Origin: a virus
Length of the DNA: 64,000 nucleotides
IMG/VR virus record: IMGVR_UViG_3300025732_000021
Span: 32,001-96,000 of that record
Strand: one strand, 5' to 3'
Shown: one piece after another, positions 35,532 through 44,849 of the stretch
Position numbering within the stretch: position 1 is the stretch's first letter
Layout: each line of letters begins with the position of its first letter
The notes under the pieces: generated by a model
Database searches by the model: none
What the model was told of the DNA's origin: nothing
The model's input: only the letters and a program-made list of their open reading frames with translations
Made by a program: the position numbers and the translations under genes

Positions 35532-35858
35532 CTACTTGTTATACAAGGTTCTTTTTATTTCTTTTAAAGTATGTGATGTTTCTTTGTCTAACTGCTTAAT
35601 TAATTTTAAATTAAAGGCCTTTGGTGTTAATCTAATAAGTGGATTTACTTCAGTAGGATCCATATCTACCATACCCTTTTCCCATAAATCCATAACTTGT
35701 TGAGAAAACATATTATTTACCTCTCTGTGTAGGGCGGGATGAACATGTTTTAATTTTTTAGTAAAACTATAAAGCATTTCACCAGTCTCTGGATCAATGC
35801 CAGCAGGTTCTATTGCCCCAGATAAAATAAGTTTATCAAAATCATTACTTTGTTGCAT
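35532..35858 (-). CDS. hypothetical (winged-helix-like) protein
   Basis: LWEKGMVDM...IRLT. Confidence 0.65.
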   Translation of the reverse strand: MQQSNDFDKLILSGAIEPAGIDPETGEMLYSFTKKLKHVHPALHREVNNMFSQQVMDLWEKGMVDMDPTEVNPLIRLTPKAFNLKLIKQLDKETSHTLKEIKRTLYNK

Positions 35859-36261
35859 TTTTTGACTTTTCTCTTTGTTTTGCAAGTACTGAAAAATCTT
35901 TAATTTTTGTTTCTCCCATGTAAGACCATGCATAACCATTTTCTATCATATAATCATTGACAGAAATTGTATCACCATCTACATAAAGCCAGCCTAAAAT
36001 ACGACCATATTTTTCTGAAGAATCTGGTTTTTCTGTTTTAATTACTATTTCCTTGGCGTCTTTAAGTTTATTTTTTAGGTATTCTTTTGCCTCAAGTCCT
36101 AACGCTTTTTCAAATTTATCTGATGTTCTTGATTCTGGAGTATCTATTCCCGCAAGTCTAACCCTTTGAGAAAAAGATACATTAAATCCTAAATCAATAT
36201 CAACATCAATAGTATCTCCATCCACAACACCAGTAATTTTTTTTACTCTATATATATACAT
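35845..36261 (-). CDS. thermonuclease (SNase-like)
   Basis: VVDGDT, RVRLAGIDTPE, KYGRILG. Confidence 0.9.
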   Translation of the reverse strand: MYIYRVKKITGVVDGDTIDVDIDLGFNVSFSQRVRLAGIDTPESRTSDKFEKALGLEAKEYLKNKLKDAKEIVIKTEKPDSSEKYGRILGWLYVDGDTISVNDYMIENGYAWSYMGETKIKDFSVLAKQREKSKNATK

Positions 36262-36956
36262 TAAACAACCTCCACTATATTTGGCAATACAATTATATTA
36301 GCATCTGGAATATCTTTTAAAATTAATTCCTTTACCTGTCTTAAAGACAATTTATCTTCATCAGTCATACCCATACAATGCTTAATTCCTATGACTACAT
36401 TTCTTGTTTCAGATAATTCTTTATATTTTTGAAAATCTTCTTTTGTCCATGGTTGAAATTTTCCTACCATTAATGTTTGCTCTGGTTTCCAGTCAAAAGT
36501 TTGATATTCTTTAATTACACTAAAAGCCCTAGTTGGCAATGCATCTAGATATTCATTTCCAGTGTTTGTAATTCTAAAGTCATACTCATTTTCGTTTGGT
36601 TCTTCCCATGCAATAGTTTTGCCAAATTTATCAGTAAATTCTTTTTTGTCTGTAGTATCAACCCATACAGAAATATCTGGAAATTTATTTATTTCAGATA
36701 AATGCATGTAACCACTGATGTCTCTATATTGATCTCTTGCTTCTTTAGTTGGGAAATATCCACTAACTACAATTGATGAATTATAGTCTTTTGTAAAAAA
36801 TATAGATATTGTTCTAAGCCACCTAGCATACTGTGCTTGTAGTTCTGCCATAGGCAAATCTGTATCTAAAACATGCCAAGAATTTGTACGTTCAGCATAT
36901 GCTATAGAAATCTCTGTTCTTGTTTTTTCATCCATTCCAAAAAATTGAACTATCAT
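36261..36956 (-). CDS. degenerate paralog of the APS-kinase/nucleotidyltransferase fusion
   Basis: MIVQFFG start, VWVDT, QTLMVGKFQPW, LPNI align to 28188..28949, but the P-loop and HxGH are lost. Confidence 0.6.
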   Translation of the reverse strand: MIVQFFGMDEKTRTEISIAYAERTNSWHVLDTDLPMAELQAQYARWLRTISIFFTKDYNSSIVVSGYFPTKEARDQYRDISGYMHLSEINKFPDISVWVDTTDKKEFTDKFGKTIAWEEPNENEYDFRITNTGNEYLDALPTRAFSVIKEYQTFDWKPEQTLMVGKFQPWTKEDFQKYKELSETRNVVIGIKHCMGMTDEDKLSLRQVKELILKDIPDANIIVLPNIVEVV

Positions 36957-37207
36957 GAATAAGATTCTCCCTTGGTTCTATTTTCATCCAGCCTGTTTCT
37001 TTCATCAACAACTTCTAAAGCAAATTTCATCATATTGTCATAACCTATTGCATTATCCATTGCTTTATTATAATGGTGTGCACAAAATAATAAATCTGAA
37101 TTATTTTTACCAATAACCTTTACATACGCTTGTGCCCCACATCTATCACATCTATCTGTTGCATCAAGAATCCAAAGTTCTTCTTTTGGTTTAAGCATAC
37201 TAGACAT
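36953..37207 (-). CDS. actinobacterial zinc-finger protein (DRCDRCGAQAYV type)
   Basis: DRCDRCGAQAYV...LLFCAHH. Confidence 0.75.
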   Translation of the reverse strand: MSSMLKPKEELWILDATDRCDRCGAQAYVKVIGKNNSDLLFCAHHYNKAMDNAIGYDNMMKFALEVVDERNRLDENRTKGESYS

Positions 37208-37208
37208 A

Positions 37209-37394
37209 TTATACCTTTCTATTATCTGTTGTGTAAAAACCAGATCCGTTAAATGAAACTCCTACGTTAGAGTATACACGAACTAATGGCTTGTTGCAAG
37301 TTTCACAGGAATAGCCTGGATCTGACTCTGACATTCCACGAACTTTGGTATATCTTGTAGCACACCCCATACAATCATACTCGTAAGATGGCAT
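37209..37394 (-). CDS. FmdB-family zinc-ribbon protein
   Basis: MPSYEYDCMGC...CETC...FNGSGFYTTD. Confidence 0.85.
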   Translation of the reverse strand: MPSYEYDCMGCATRYTKVRGMSESDPGYSCETCNKPLVRVYSNVGVSFNGSGFYTTDNRKV

Positions 37395-37494
37395 TACTTT
37401 TTCTTTCGTAATTGCCAAACAGGGATTCCCCTTGGTGCGGCACTAAGTTCATAGCCCAAAACTTTAGCAATAAATCTAATTATTTTAATACGCA

Positions 37495-37695
37495 TTATCT
37501 AATCTTTCCCCCAAACTTAGCCCAAACTCTTTCGTGAATAAAGTATCCAAGTGCTTCCCAACCAATATAGATGAGCGCACCAAGACTTGCATATTCCCAT
37601 TCACCTGTAAATAGGTAAATAACTCCAGCAACACCAACAAGATGGAATGTTTCCCAACTTGCTGTCTTTAATAATGTACGTTTTGTAGATTCCAT
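37495..37695 (-). CDS. DUF2061 small membrane protein
   Basis: ESTKRTLLKTASW...YFIHERVW; GGAGGA SD. Confidence 0.8.
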   Translation of the reverse strand: MESTKRTLLKTASWETFHLVGVAGVIYLFTGEWEYASLGALIYIGWEALGYFIHERVWAKFGGKIR

Positions 37696-37717
37696 AATTC
37701 CTCCTATATATATTGTA

Positions 37718-38437
37718 TCATTTGATTTGAGATATGACAAGTGTGTAATGTGAGTAAAAGGTATGTATATTGTTTTTCCATCCATTTATTATGTCAAAAT
37801 TAAATGGAAAAAGTCTATATGGCTTTATAAATTCTAGAGCATTAGTAGTCTTCCCCCTTATAATTTTCTGTGTTGGCTTACTAAGATCAATACATATGGC
37901 AATATCTCTATATGGAAAAACAGTTGCTATATCCTCTAAATGTTTATTTAAAAATGGAATACATATCAGCACTATAGGACAATTAATATTAGATAATGTT
38001 TCTAAAAATTTAACTGTATCAGTATTTGGTATTCTTCCTCCAAAATAGAATTGTCCACTATCTCCATCAAATCCTGAAAAAAATAAAGATTGTAATATTG
38101 CATTTGGACCAGGAATTAATTCAATTTCTATGTTGTTCTCTATTAAAGATTGTATTAATGGTGAAGCAAAATCTTGTATATTTGGATATCCATCATTTGA
38201 CACAACAAGTATATTTTTGTTATTTTTAATACCATTTAAAATTATTTCTAAAGAATTAGAGTTATTATATTCATATATATTGTTAATATAAACACCATTA
38301 ATATCGCAAAAATTTTTGAAAACTTTTTCTGTTTCAACAATTGCTATATCTGTTTGATTTAAATAATTTTTAAATGCTATAGCAATATGATCATTATTGC
38401 CTATTGGCATAGCAGCAAATACAACTTTTTTGTTCAT
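37718..38437 (-). CDS. RsmI-like methyltransferase, third divergent copy
   Basis: AMPIGNND, VSNDGYPNIQD, IPGPNA...SG, DLSK. Confidence 0.75.
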   Translation of the reverse strand: MNKKVVFAAMPIGNNDHIAIAFKNYLNQTDIAIVETEKVFKNFCDINGVYINNIYEYNNSNSLEIILNGIKNNKNILVVSNDGYPNIQDFASPLIQSLIENNIEIELIPGPNAILQSLFFSGFDGDSGQFYFGGRIPNTDTVKFLETLSNINCPIVLICIPFLNKHLEDIATVFPYRDIAICIDLSKPTQKIIRGKTTNALEFIKPYRLFPFNFDIINGWKNNIHTFYSHYTLVISQIK

Positions 38438-39870
38438 CGTACTATTTTAGTATTGTATGCTTTTTCCCATTCTAAAATATCATTTTCATCATTTAATAAT
38501 GGCTGACCTTTAATATTTAAACTTGTATTAAGTAATATTGGGATTCCAGTGACAGCATACCATTCCGATAATAGATTGTATAGTCCTGGATGTTGATTTT
38601 TATTTACAGTTTGAACTCTAGATGTACCGTCTTTATGTACTACAGACGGTATAAGTTCTGGCTTTAAACATTTAGGAGTATACTGCATATAAGGAGAAGT
38701 ATAATTCATATCAAACCATTTTGATGCATGCTCTTCTAAAATTACTGGAGCAAAAGGCCTGAATAATTCTCTTTTTTTAATTAAATTAACCTTATCTTTA
38801 ATGTCAGGATCCCTTGGATCTGCCAAAATACTTCTGTTTCCAAGTGCTCTTGGTCCGTATTCTGCACGTCCAGTTGCAACTGCTGCAATTTTATTTCTTA
38901 TTAATTCTGCCATAATTTTACTGACTGGATACTCTCCACCAAGATCGTAACCTAAATATGGATGCTCCCAATTTAAATGATTTCCATATGCTGCTGCTGC
39001 TGCGCCAAGAGAGGATCCAGCGTCGCCTGGATTTGGCATAATCCAAACATCATCAAACATCCTCCATAACATTGTGTTTGCTGCACAATTAAGGGCGCAT
39101 CCACCCATAAAAACAAGATTCTTTTTACCAGTTAATTTTTGAGCCATGGCCATGAAATTAACTAATCTATCCTCATATATTTTTTGAACTGCTGCTGCTA
39201 TATCAAACTTGGCTTGTTCATCTATTATTTCATTCCAATCTAAAATACCATTATGGAATCCATATTTTTGGTCATCTATAGATGAAAAGTATTCTTTTAC
39301 CTTGTTATAATATCTTGTCCAGTCACCATATGCAGCCATGCCCATCATAATATACTCTTCTTCATTTGGTTTTAATCCAACTAATTGAGTAAAGGCAGAA
39401 TAGAATAGCCCAAAACTAAATGGATGATTTTTTTTATAGACCTGCTTAATATATGATCCCTGTCCAGTCCAGATTGTTGATGTATTATATTCCCCTATGG
39501 CATCTAAAACAACTATTACTGCATCATTAAATTTACTCGTGTAATAACCTGCTGCTGCATGAGAATGGTGATGGCTAAAAGATTCTCTTGGTATCCATCT
39601 TAAATCATTTCTTTCAAGATAATAAGGTTTTCCTCCTCCGAAGCCACCCCTAGTCATTATTCTTATTTTTTTTAACCAACGATTTTCATAATATGCTATT
39701 TGATCTGGCTTACCATACGAAAGTGCTTGATCTATTAGTTCGTCGTTTGTAAACCAATCATTTTTTTCTTTACTGTATCTTTCAGCATGGCCAGCAAACA
39801 AAATGCTACCATTATCTATTAATGATACAGAAGCATCATGTGTTGTTTCATTAATTCCTAAAATTTTCAT
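38434..39870 (-). CDS. carbamoyltransferase (NodU/CmcH/TobZ family)
   Basis: HDAS, ERYS, HHHSHAA, DAIGE, MGMAAYG, GGCALN, EYGPRALGNRS, RPFAP, NTSLN. Confidence 0.92.
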   Translation of the reverse strand: MKILGINETTHDASVSLIDNGSILFAGHAERYSKEKNDWFTNDELIDQALSYGKPDQIAYYENRWLKKIRIMTRGGFGGGKPYYLERNDLRWIPRESFSHHHSHAAAGYYTSKFNDAVIVVLDAIGEYNTSTIWTGQGSYIKQVYKKNHPFSFGLFYSAFTQLVGLKPNEEEYIMMGMAAYGDWTRYYNKVKEYFSSIDDQKYGFHNGILDWNEIIDEQAKFDIAAAVQKIYEDRLVNFMAMAQKLTGKKNLVFMGGCALNCAANTMLWRMFDDVWIMPNPGDAGSSLGAAAAAYGNHLNWEHPYLGYDLGGEYPVSKIMAELIRNKIAAVATGRAEYGPRALGNRSILADPRDPDIKDKVNLIKKRELFRPFAPVILEEHASKWFDMNYTSPYMQYTPKCLKPELIPSVVHKDGTSRVQTVNKNQHPGLYNLLSEWYAVTGIPILLNTSLNIKGQPLLNDENDILEWEKAYNTKIVR

Positions 39871-40540
39871 AATTAATCCTCTTCTTAAATTCATTATACC
39901 AAATTAAATGTGCTGCAGGTCCAGGATGATGTTTATCATCACCAAGAATTTCACCACCATAATAATCTATATCGCTTTTATTAATTTCAAAAAAAGTATC
40001 AAAATTATTTAAAAAATCAAATTCATTTTTAGATGACCAGGAAGATGATAGAAGTTTTATATTATTAAAATAACAAAAAATTTCTAAAGATTTGTAAAAA
40101 TTATAAACAACTTTATCAATATGATCTTTAATTATATATCTTCCATCCCTATGTATTGGTGGCAATAATATAAAAATATAATCTGGATTTCCATATAAAT
40201 TTATATATTTATATATATTTGATATTATTTCTATTGGCGAACCGCCTGGAAGAGAAACATTAAAAAATCCAGAAGAATTTTTGAAATCAGAATAAACTTT
40301 ATATGCCCATGTATCTTCTATATTAACACCTATACCACAAGTTATAGAACAGCCAGCAAATAAAATATGTTCGCCATTATGATTTTTTATAAATTCATCT
40401 GATCTTAATCCATGTGAGTTTAATTTATATATTACATTACTGTTTGAAATATTTTTTCTATAATCTGGCATACCATCTTTATGCCAAAAAACTGGAGAGA
40501 TAGTGGTGTTTTTTGTTAAATAATTTTCATAAAATTCCAT
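39851..40540 (-). CDS. SGNH/GDSL-like protein
   Basis: NSHGLRSDEF, GCSITCG, DKHHPG. Confidence 0.7.
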   Translation of the reverse strand: MEFYENYLTKNTTISPVFWHKDGMPDYRKNISNSNVIYKLNSHGLRSDEFIKNHNGEHILFAGCSITCGIGVNIEDTWAYKVYSDFKNSSGFFNVSLPGGSPIEIISNIYKYINLYGNPDYIFILLPPIHRDGRYIIKDHIDKVVYNFYKSLEIFCYFNNIKLLSSSWSSKNEFDFLNNFDTFFEINKSDIDYYGGEILGDDKHHPGPAAHLIWYNEFKKRINYENFRN

Positions 40541-41211
40541 TATTCCTGGCCAGTCGACATTATTGGAGTCTTCATATTATGATACCAATGTGGCATGGAA
40601 TATCTAGTTCCACTAATAATTGGAGCAACTTCATGTATATATAAATAATTTGAAGGAAAGAAAATAATACTTCCTGGTTCTGGCTTTATTTTAACATTAG
40701 AATTTGGAAAAGATATTTCTCCACCTTCGTAATCATTATTTAAATACATAACAACAGAAATTACTCTGCTACTTACCCCATGATCTTGATGTGCTGGTAG
40801 GTACCCACCTTTTTCATACCTTAAAAGGTGCACACTATATTCTCTAGACTTAATATTTCTTGATGCAAATGGATATATAATATTTGTATAATGATTTGTT
40901 GCAGCATCTAATGCATCATAAAGTCTTTTAGAGACATACTGCTGATCCTTATAATAATAATCATCTGCTCTAATGTCCTCTGGTTTTGGGAAAAATTTTT
41001 GCCAACAAAAAGTTTCTAATGTTCCAGCACTTTCATTTTGCCAAGCATGCCAGGGTTGAACTGCAGTATAATTATCTCCGTGTTCTTTTTGATTATATTT
41101 TTCATCAACAGATTTAACTATATCAATAATTTCTTGTGGATTATTTAAAGCATTTTTATAATAAACTAATCCTAAATCTAATATTTCATAATCATAAGTA
41201 GTTAAATTCAT
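40540..41211 (-). CDS. 2OG-Fe(II) oxygenase (P4H-like)
   Basis: AHQD, YLNNDYEGGEI, FPSNYLYIHEV, GTRY. Confidence 0.85.
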   Translation of the reverse strand: MNLTTYDYEILDLGLVYYKNALNNPQEIIDIVKSVDEKYNQKEHGDNYTAVQPWHAWQNESAGTLETFCWQKFFPKPEDIRADDYYYKDQQYVSKRLYDALDAATNHYTNIIYPFASRNIKSREYSVHLLRYEKGGYLPAHQDHGVSSRVISVVMYLNNDYEGGEISFPNSNVKIKPEPGSIIFFPSNYLYIHEVAPIISGTRYSMPHWYHNMKTPIMSTGQE

Positions 41212-41794
41212 GTTCTGGCGCCCTCCATTTTGGATTCTTATCTTCTCCAAGAAAATCTGGATCTGCATGTTGAGGAAGAGATGTATGCATATATAAAGCG
41301 GTATATCTATTGCCAGAAGTTACTTCTGTTATACCATGAATATATTCACTTCCAGCACTTGGAAAAAAGACTGCAGAATATCTTTTTGGTTGATAAATAA
41401 AATCTTGATTTGGAAAAAATATTTTTCCTCCAGTATAGTCTGGCTCCTCATTTAGATATATTATAGTACTCCACTCAATCCATGGCTCTGGATCTTGTGC
41501 GTCTAAATGTAACGGTCCTTTTGTGCCAGTAGTCCAGTGTGAACCAAATGCCTTAAACACATATATTGGACTATTAAATCCGTTTAATTCTTTGTGAACC
41601 TCATTAGATTTATCGCCATATTTCTTTAATATAGACATTACTGTTGGGTTATATGGTAAAGATGTACCACCAAATCTTTCTTTATAATATTCTGGATATG
41701 GAAGCCTAATTGAGTTTGGATCATTTTGTTGCTGTATTAATGTTAAAGCATCTATTGGCTCTATAAAATTATCTATAATTTTAATTCTATGCAT
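41192..41794 (-). CDS. 2OG-Fe(II) oxygenase (P4H-like)
   Basis: LHLD, YLNE...GG.IFF, YIHGI, GNRY. Confidence 0.85.
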   Translation of the reverse strand: MHRIKIIDNFIEPIDALTLIQQQNDPNSIRLPYPEYYKERFGGTSLPYNPTVMSILKKYGDKSNEVHKELNGFNSPIYVFKAFGSHWTTGTKGPLHLDAQDPEPWIEWSTIIYLNEEPDYTGGKIFFPNQDFIYQPKRYSAVFFPSAGSEYIHGITEVTSGNRYTALYMHTSLPQHADPDFLGEDKNPKWRAPEHEFNYL

Positions 41795-41821
41795 TTTTCC
41801 TCCTATTAACATTATACACTA

Positions 41822-42676
41822 TTAGTAAATATAGTGTAAATGGCCTATAAATTTTCTTCCATCAAGTTTGTCAAAATCATTATTATAACAATCATATTCA
41901 ACATCGTTTGTTTGAAATGGTAACGGAAATATTTTTTCTAAATCTATATTATGATAAGACAAAAAATCATTTACTGTTCTAGCAGTTCCAGGATCAAAAA
42001 ATGAACTATGCTGATTTTTTATAATTTTAATTATTTCATTATAATTATGATCTTTAGAATAAGGTGTATATAAAATATCTATAGAATTCTGATTATTTTT
42101 TGTATAAAAACTACTTGGACAAGAATATATATCTATTCCTCTTGTAAACCAATACATTGATAAATACTCTGCCTCGCCATTATATTTTAAAAAAGTTGGG
42201 TAGTTAGTATTATGAAAAAGTTCTTTTGAAATAAAAATAAAATCTTTGTCTACAAAATTTGATAATATAAAATCATCAGAATTTAGCGAATTATTATAAA
42301 AGTAAAAGTTATCATTTGTTATTGACGGAATTCCTTTTCCAGATATAACAGAATTTGTTTTATAATTTTTAATTAATTCTAAATCCCAGTTATTATTTAC
42401 TAAAATATTATCAGACATTATTAAAATAAATTCTTCTTGTATATTTCTTGCAGTTTCAAATCTATATAAGCACTGACCATATGGGTAGTCCCAAAATTTA
42501 TGTTTATATGAAACATTGCTTATAGAATTATAATATTCATTTTTTATTAATGGTGATTGGTCTAATATATAAATATTGATTGTATGTTCTTTGGATGAAT
42601 TTTCATTAATTTTTTGCACAACATCTTTTAAAGATTTTCCTTTATAAGAATAAATAACTACCCCAATGCTACTCAT
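41822..42676 (-). CDS. GT-A fold glycosyltransferase-like protein
   Basis: VVIYSYK, DQS, ILIMSD...NWD, GEAEYLS..WFTRG. Confidence 0.55.
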   Translation of the reverse strand: MSSIGVVIYSYKGKSLKDVVQKINENSSKEHTINIYILDQSPLIKNEYYNSISNVSYKHKFWDYPYGQCLYRFETARNIQEEFILIMSDNILVNNNWDLELIKNYKTNSVISGKGIPSITNDNFYFYNNSLNSDDFILSNFVDKDFIFISKELFHNTNYPTFLKYNGEAEYLSMYWFTRGIDIYSCPSSFYTKNNQNSIDILYTPYSKDHNYNEIIKIIKNQHSSFFDPGTARTVNDFLSYHNIDLEKIFPLPFQTNDVEYDCYNNDFDKLDGRKFIGHLHYIY

Positions 42677-43451
42677 CGTCGTGATTCGCATCCTTTGAAA
42701 ACATGTTTTTTATTCCGTATATTTTTTTTCTCCAAGTTGTTTTTTTATAATAACCATATAATAATGATCGTCTATCTTCTGCCTTTAATAATTTTTTATC
42801 AACAGAATCATAATCTTCGTCTATAGACATTTCCCAATTTTCTCTTTTAAAAGGAATAATTTGCATAATTGGTGTTCCTTTTGGAATTACGCCTTGAAAA
42901 CCTCTTTTTAAAAAGAATGCTATGAAAACTGGTAAACCCCAAATATCTGATTCTACTATCCCAGACATTGTATAAAATGGAAGATCATGCCTATTCATTG
43001 GATGTGTTATAAGAACAGAATATCCAGGCGGAGTATCATAAAACCAATTCATACGAAATCCATAATGCATAGGATGACAATTATCTGGAACGACTATATC
43101 ATTTGTTGGTCTTTTATCTAATAACATTATATTGCCATTCCAAGATAGTTTTGGTCTTCCATCTGGATCTAATTCAACATATAAATCATCTTCAAGCAAA
43201 TATACATAACCAGCAGTCAATGCATCAAAGAACGGCAAGCACATTTTTGTAGCAACTTGTGCACCATCAGATCCTAAATGATTAACTGGATTTAAATATC
43301 TATCATCGTTCCAATTATCATGCTTTGCTAAACTTTTATACCATTCTGGAACATGTTTAACTGCTGGCTCTGGTGCTGTTTGAACTACTGACCAATGTGG
43401 CTGTGCATTAAGCGCTGGAGTAAAGACAATTTCTAATGGATCTTCATTCAT
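42669..43451 (-). CDS. conserved phage beta-rich protein (DUF6065-like)
   Basis: VPEWYK, TKMCLPFFDA..AGY, TPPGYS..THP, GTPIMQIIPFKRE. Confidence 0.65.
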   Translation of the reverse strand: MNEDPLEIVFTPALNAQPHWSVVQTAPEPAVKHVPEWYKSLAKHDNWNDDRYLNPVNHLGSDGAQVATKMCLPFFDALTAGYVYLLEDDLYVELDPDGRPKLSWNGNIMLLDKRPTNDIVVPDNCHPMHYGFRMNWFYDTPPGYSVLITHPMNRHDLPFYTMSGIVESDIWGLPVFIAFFLKRGFQGVIPKGTPIMQIIPFKRENWEMSIDEDYDSVDKKLLKAEDRRSLLYGYYKKTTWRKKIYGIKNMFSKDANHDDE

Positions 43452-44176
43452 GAAAATCTCTTCATGCTTCTATATTTACCCTTATATCCATTGCTAAATG
43501 TTGATCTTAAATGTATTCTTTGATGACCAATTTCTTTTTTTACTTGATCATGGGGAACCATTTCAGACTCCCAATCTTCTCTCTTAACAGGAATTATTTG
43601 TACTAATGGAGTGCCTTGCTTAATTACACCAACAAAACCTTTTTTGATAAAGAAAGAAAAATGTCCATCAACTATAAACTTATCTGTATCAACGAATCCT
43701 CCAAGTGCCCTAAATGGAAGTTCGTCTTGATGGTTTGGATGAAGAACTAATGTACTATAACCTTTTTCAGTTTTAAATGCCCAAAATGGCATTATTCTGA
43801 ATAATGTTTTATGATACATGTCTGTATCTACAGGATAATGATTATATTGTTCTGGAGCATGCGTTGCAAACATATCTGTTCCAAATCTTTTCATTGGATT
43901 AGGACACTGAATGTTTAATTTATTTGGATCAGATGCATCTATATAAATATCCATAGGTAAAGATAATATATATCCAGCAGTCATTAAGTCAAATATTGGC
44001 ATACATTTTTTTACTGTGCCATTAAAAGATCCCTGAGCAAGCCCTCTCTCATTATCTACTGTAGATGATTGCTTCTTATACCATTCTGGAACAACTCTTG
44101 ATGCTGGCACTGGTGGCGGAGCAAAAGATACTGTCTCTTCACTAAACGGATAAAATTTTATCTTTCGTAAACTCAT
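43448..44176 (-). CDS. paralog of 42669..43451
   Basis: VPEWYK, TVKKCMPIFD..AGY, GTPLVQIIPVKRE. Confidence 0.65.
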   Translation of the reverse strand: MSLRKIKFYPFSEETVSFAPPPVPASRVVPEWYKKQSSTVDNERGLAQGSFNGTVKKCMPIFDLMTAGYILSLPMDIYIDASDPNKLNIQCPNPMKRFGTDMFATHAPEQYNHYPVDTDMYHKTLFRIMPFWAFKTEKGYSTLVLHPNHQDELPFRALGGFVDTDKFIVDGHFSFFIKKGFVGVIKQGTPLVQIIPVKREDWESEMVPHDQVKKEIGHQRIHLRSTFSNGYKGKYRSMKRFS

Positions 44177-44849
44177 AAAACTCCCTAACTCTCTCTATTA
44201 ACATTATATCAGTTGTTTGAACCTCAATATCAAACATTGGTGATTGTTTTTTAATTTTACCAAATTCTGAATCTAACATATGTTTTCCTACATTTTTAAA
44301 ATGAAAATGTATAAAGGGTGGTTCTATTTCTGATGTATTAAATGGTATTTTTGTAAAAGCAATAGAATCCTCATATATATAAAACGGACTATCATCTGCT
44401 TGTTTAAAGTTAACTGTAACATTTTCATCAATAATCCAAGGAACATAGAATCGATATATACCATCAAAACAACCATCTGGAAGAGTATACTCTTTTGCTG
44501 AACTATAGTATTGTCTAACCCATGGCCTATCTATATTATAAAACTGACCATCTCTTCTATAATGATCTACTAATAAGAACATTTCTGCATGATTACCCTG
44601 CCTTAACCTAAATCCATTATCTGTTATAGATATTAATTTTGGTGGAGGATATAGAGTTGCAGCATAATGATTTATTGGCTTTAATATAGAATTTTTAAAA
44701 ATTTCATTTTCTTTAACAGGAACATAAGAAAGCCATTTTTTATAAGGAACTGCTATTTTATTTATATAAAGGAAACTTTCTGTTTTAGAATTATCCCATA
44801 AGTTCCAATCTTTTTTAAAGCCAGAAAACATTTCATCTTGTTGGCTCAA
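44142..44849 (-). CDS. hypothetical protein
   Basis: ORF track; overlaps neighbours. Confidence 0.6.
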   Translation of the reverse strand: MSQQDEMFSGFKKDWNLWDNSKTESFLYINKIAVPYKKWLSYVPVKENEIFKNSILKPINHYAATLYPPPKLISITDNGFRLRQGNHAEMFLLVDHYRRDGQFYNIDRPWVRQYYSSAKEYTLPDGCFDGIYRFYVPWIIDENVTVNFKQADDSPFYIYEDSIAFTKIPFNTSEIEPPFIHFHFKNVGKHMLDSEFGKIKKQSPMFDIEVQTTDIMLIERVREFYEFTKDKILSV

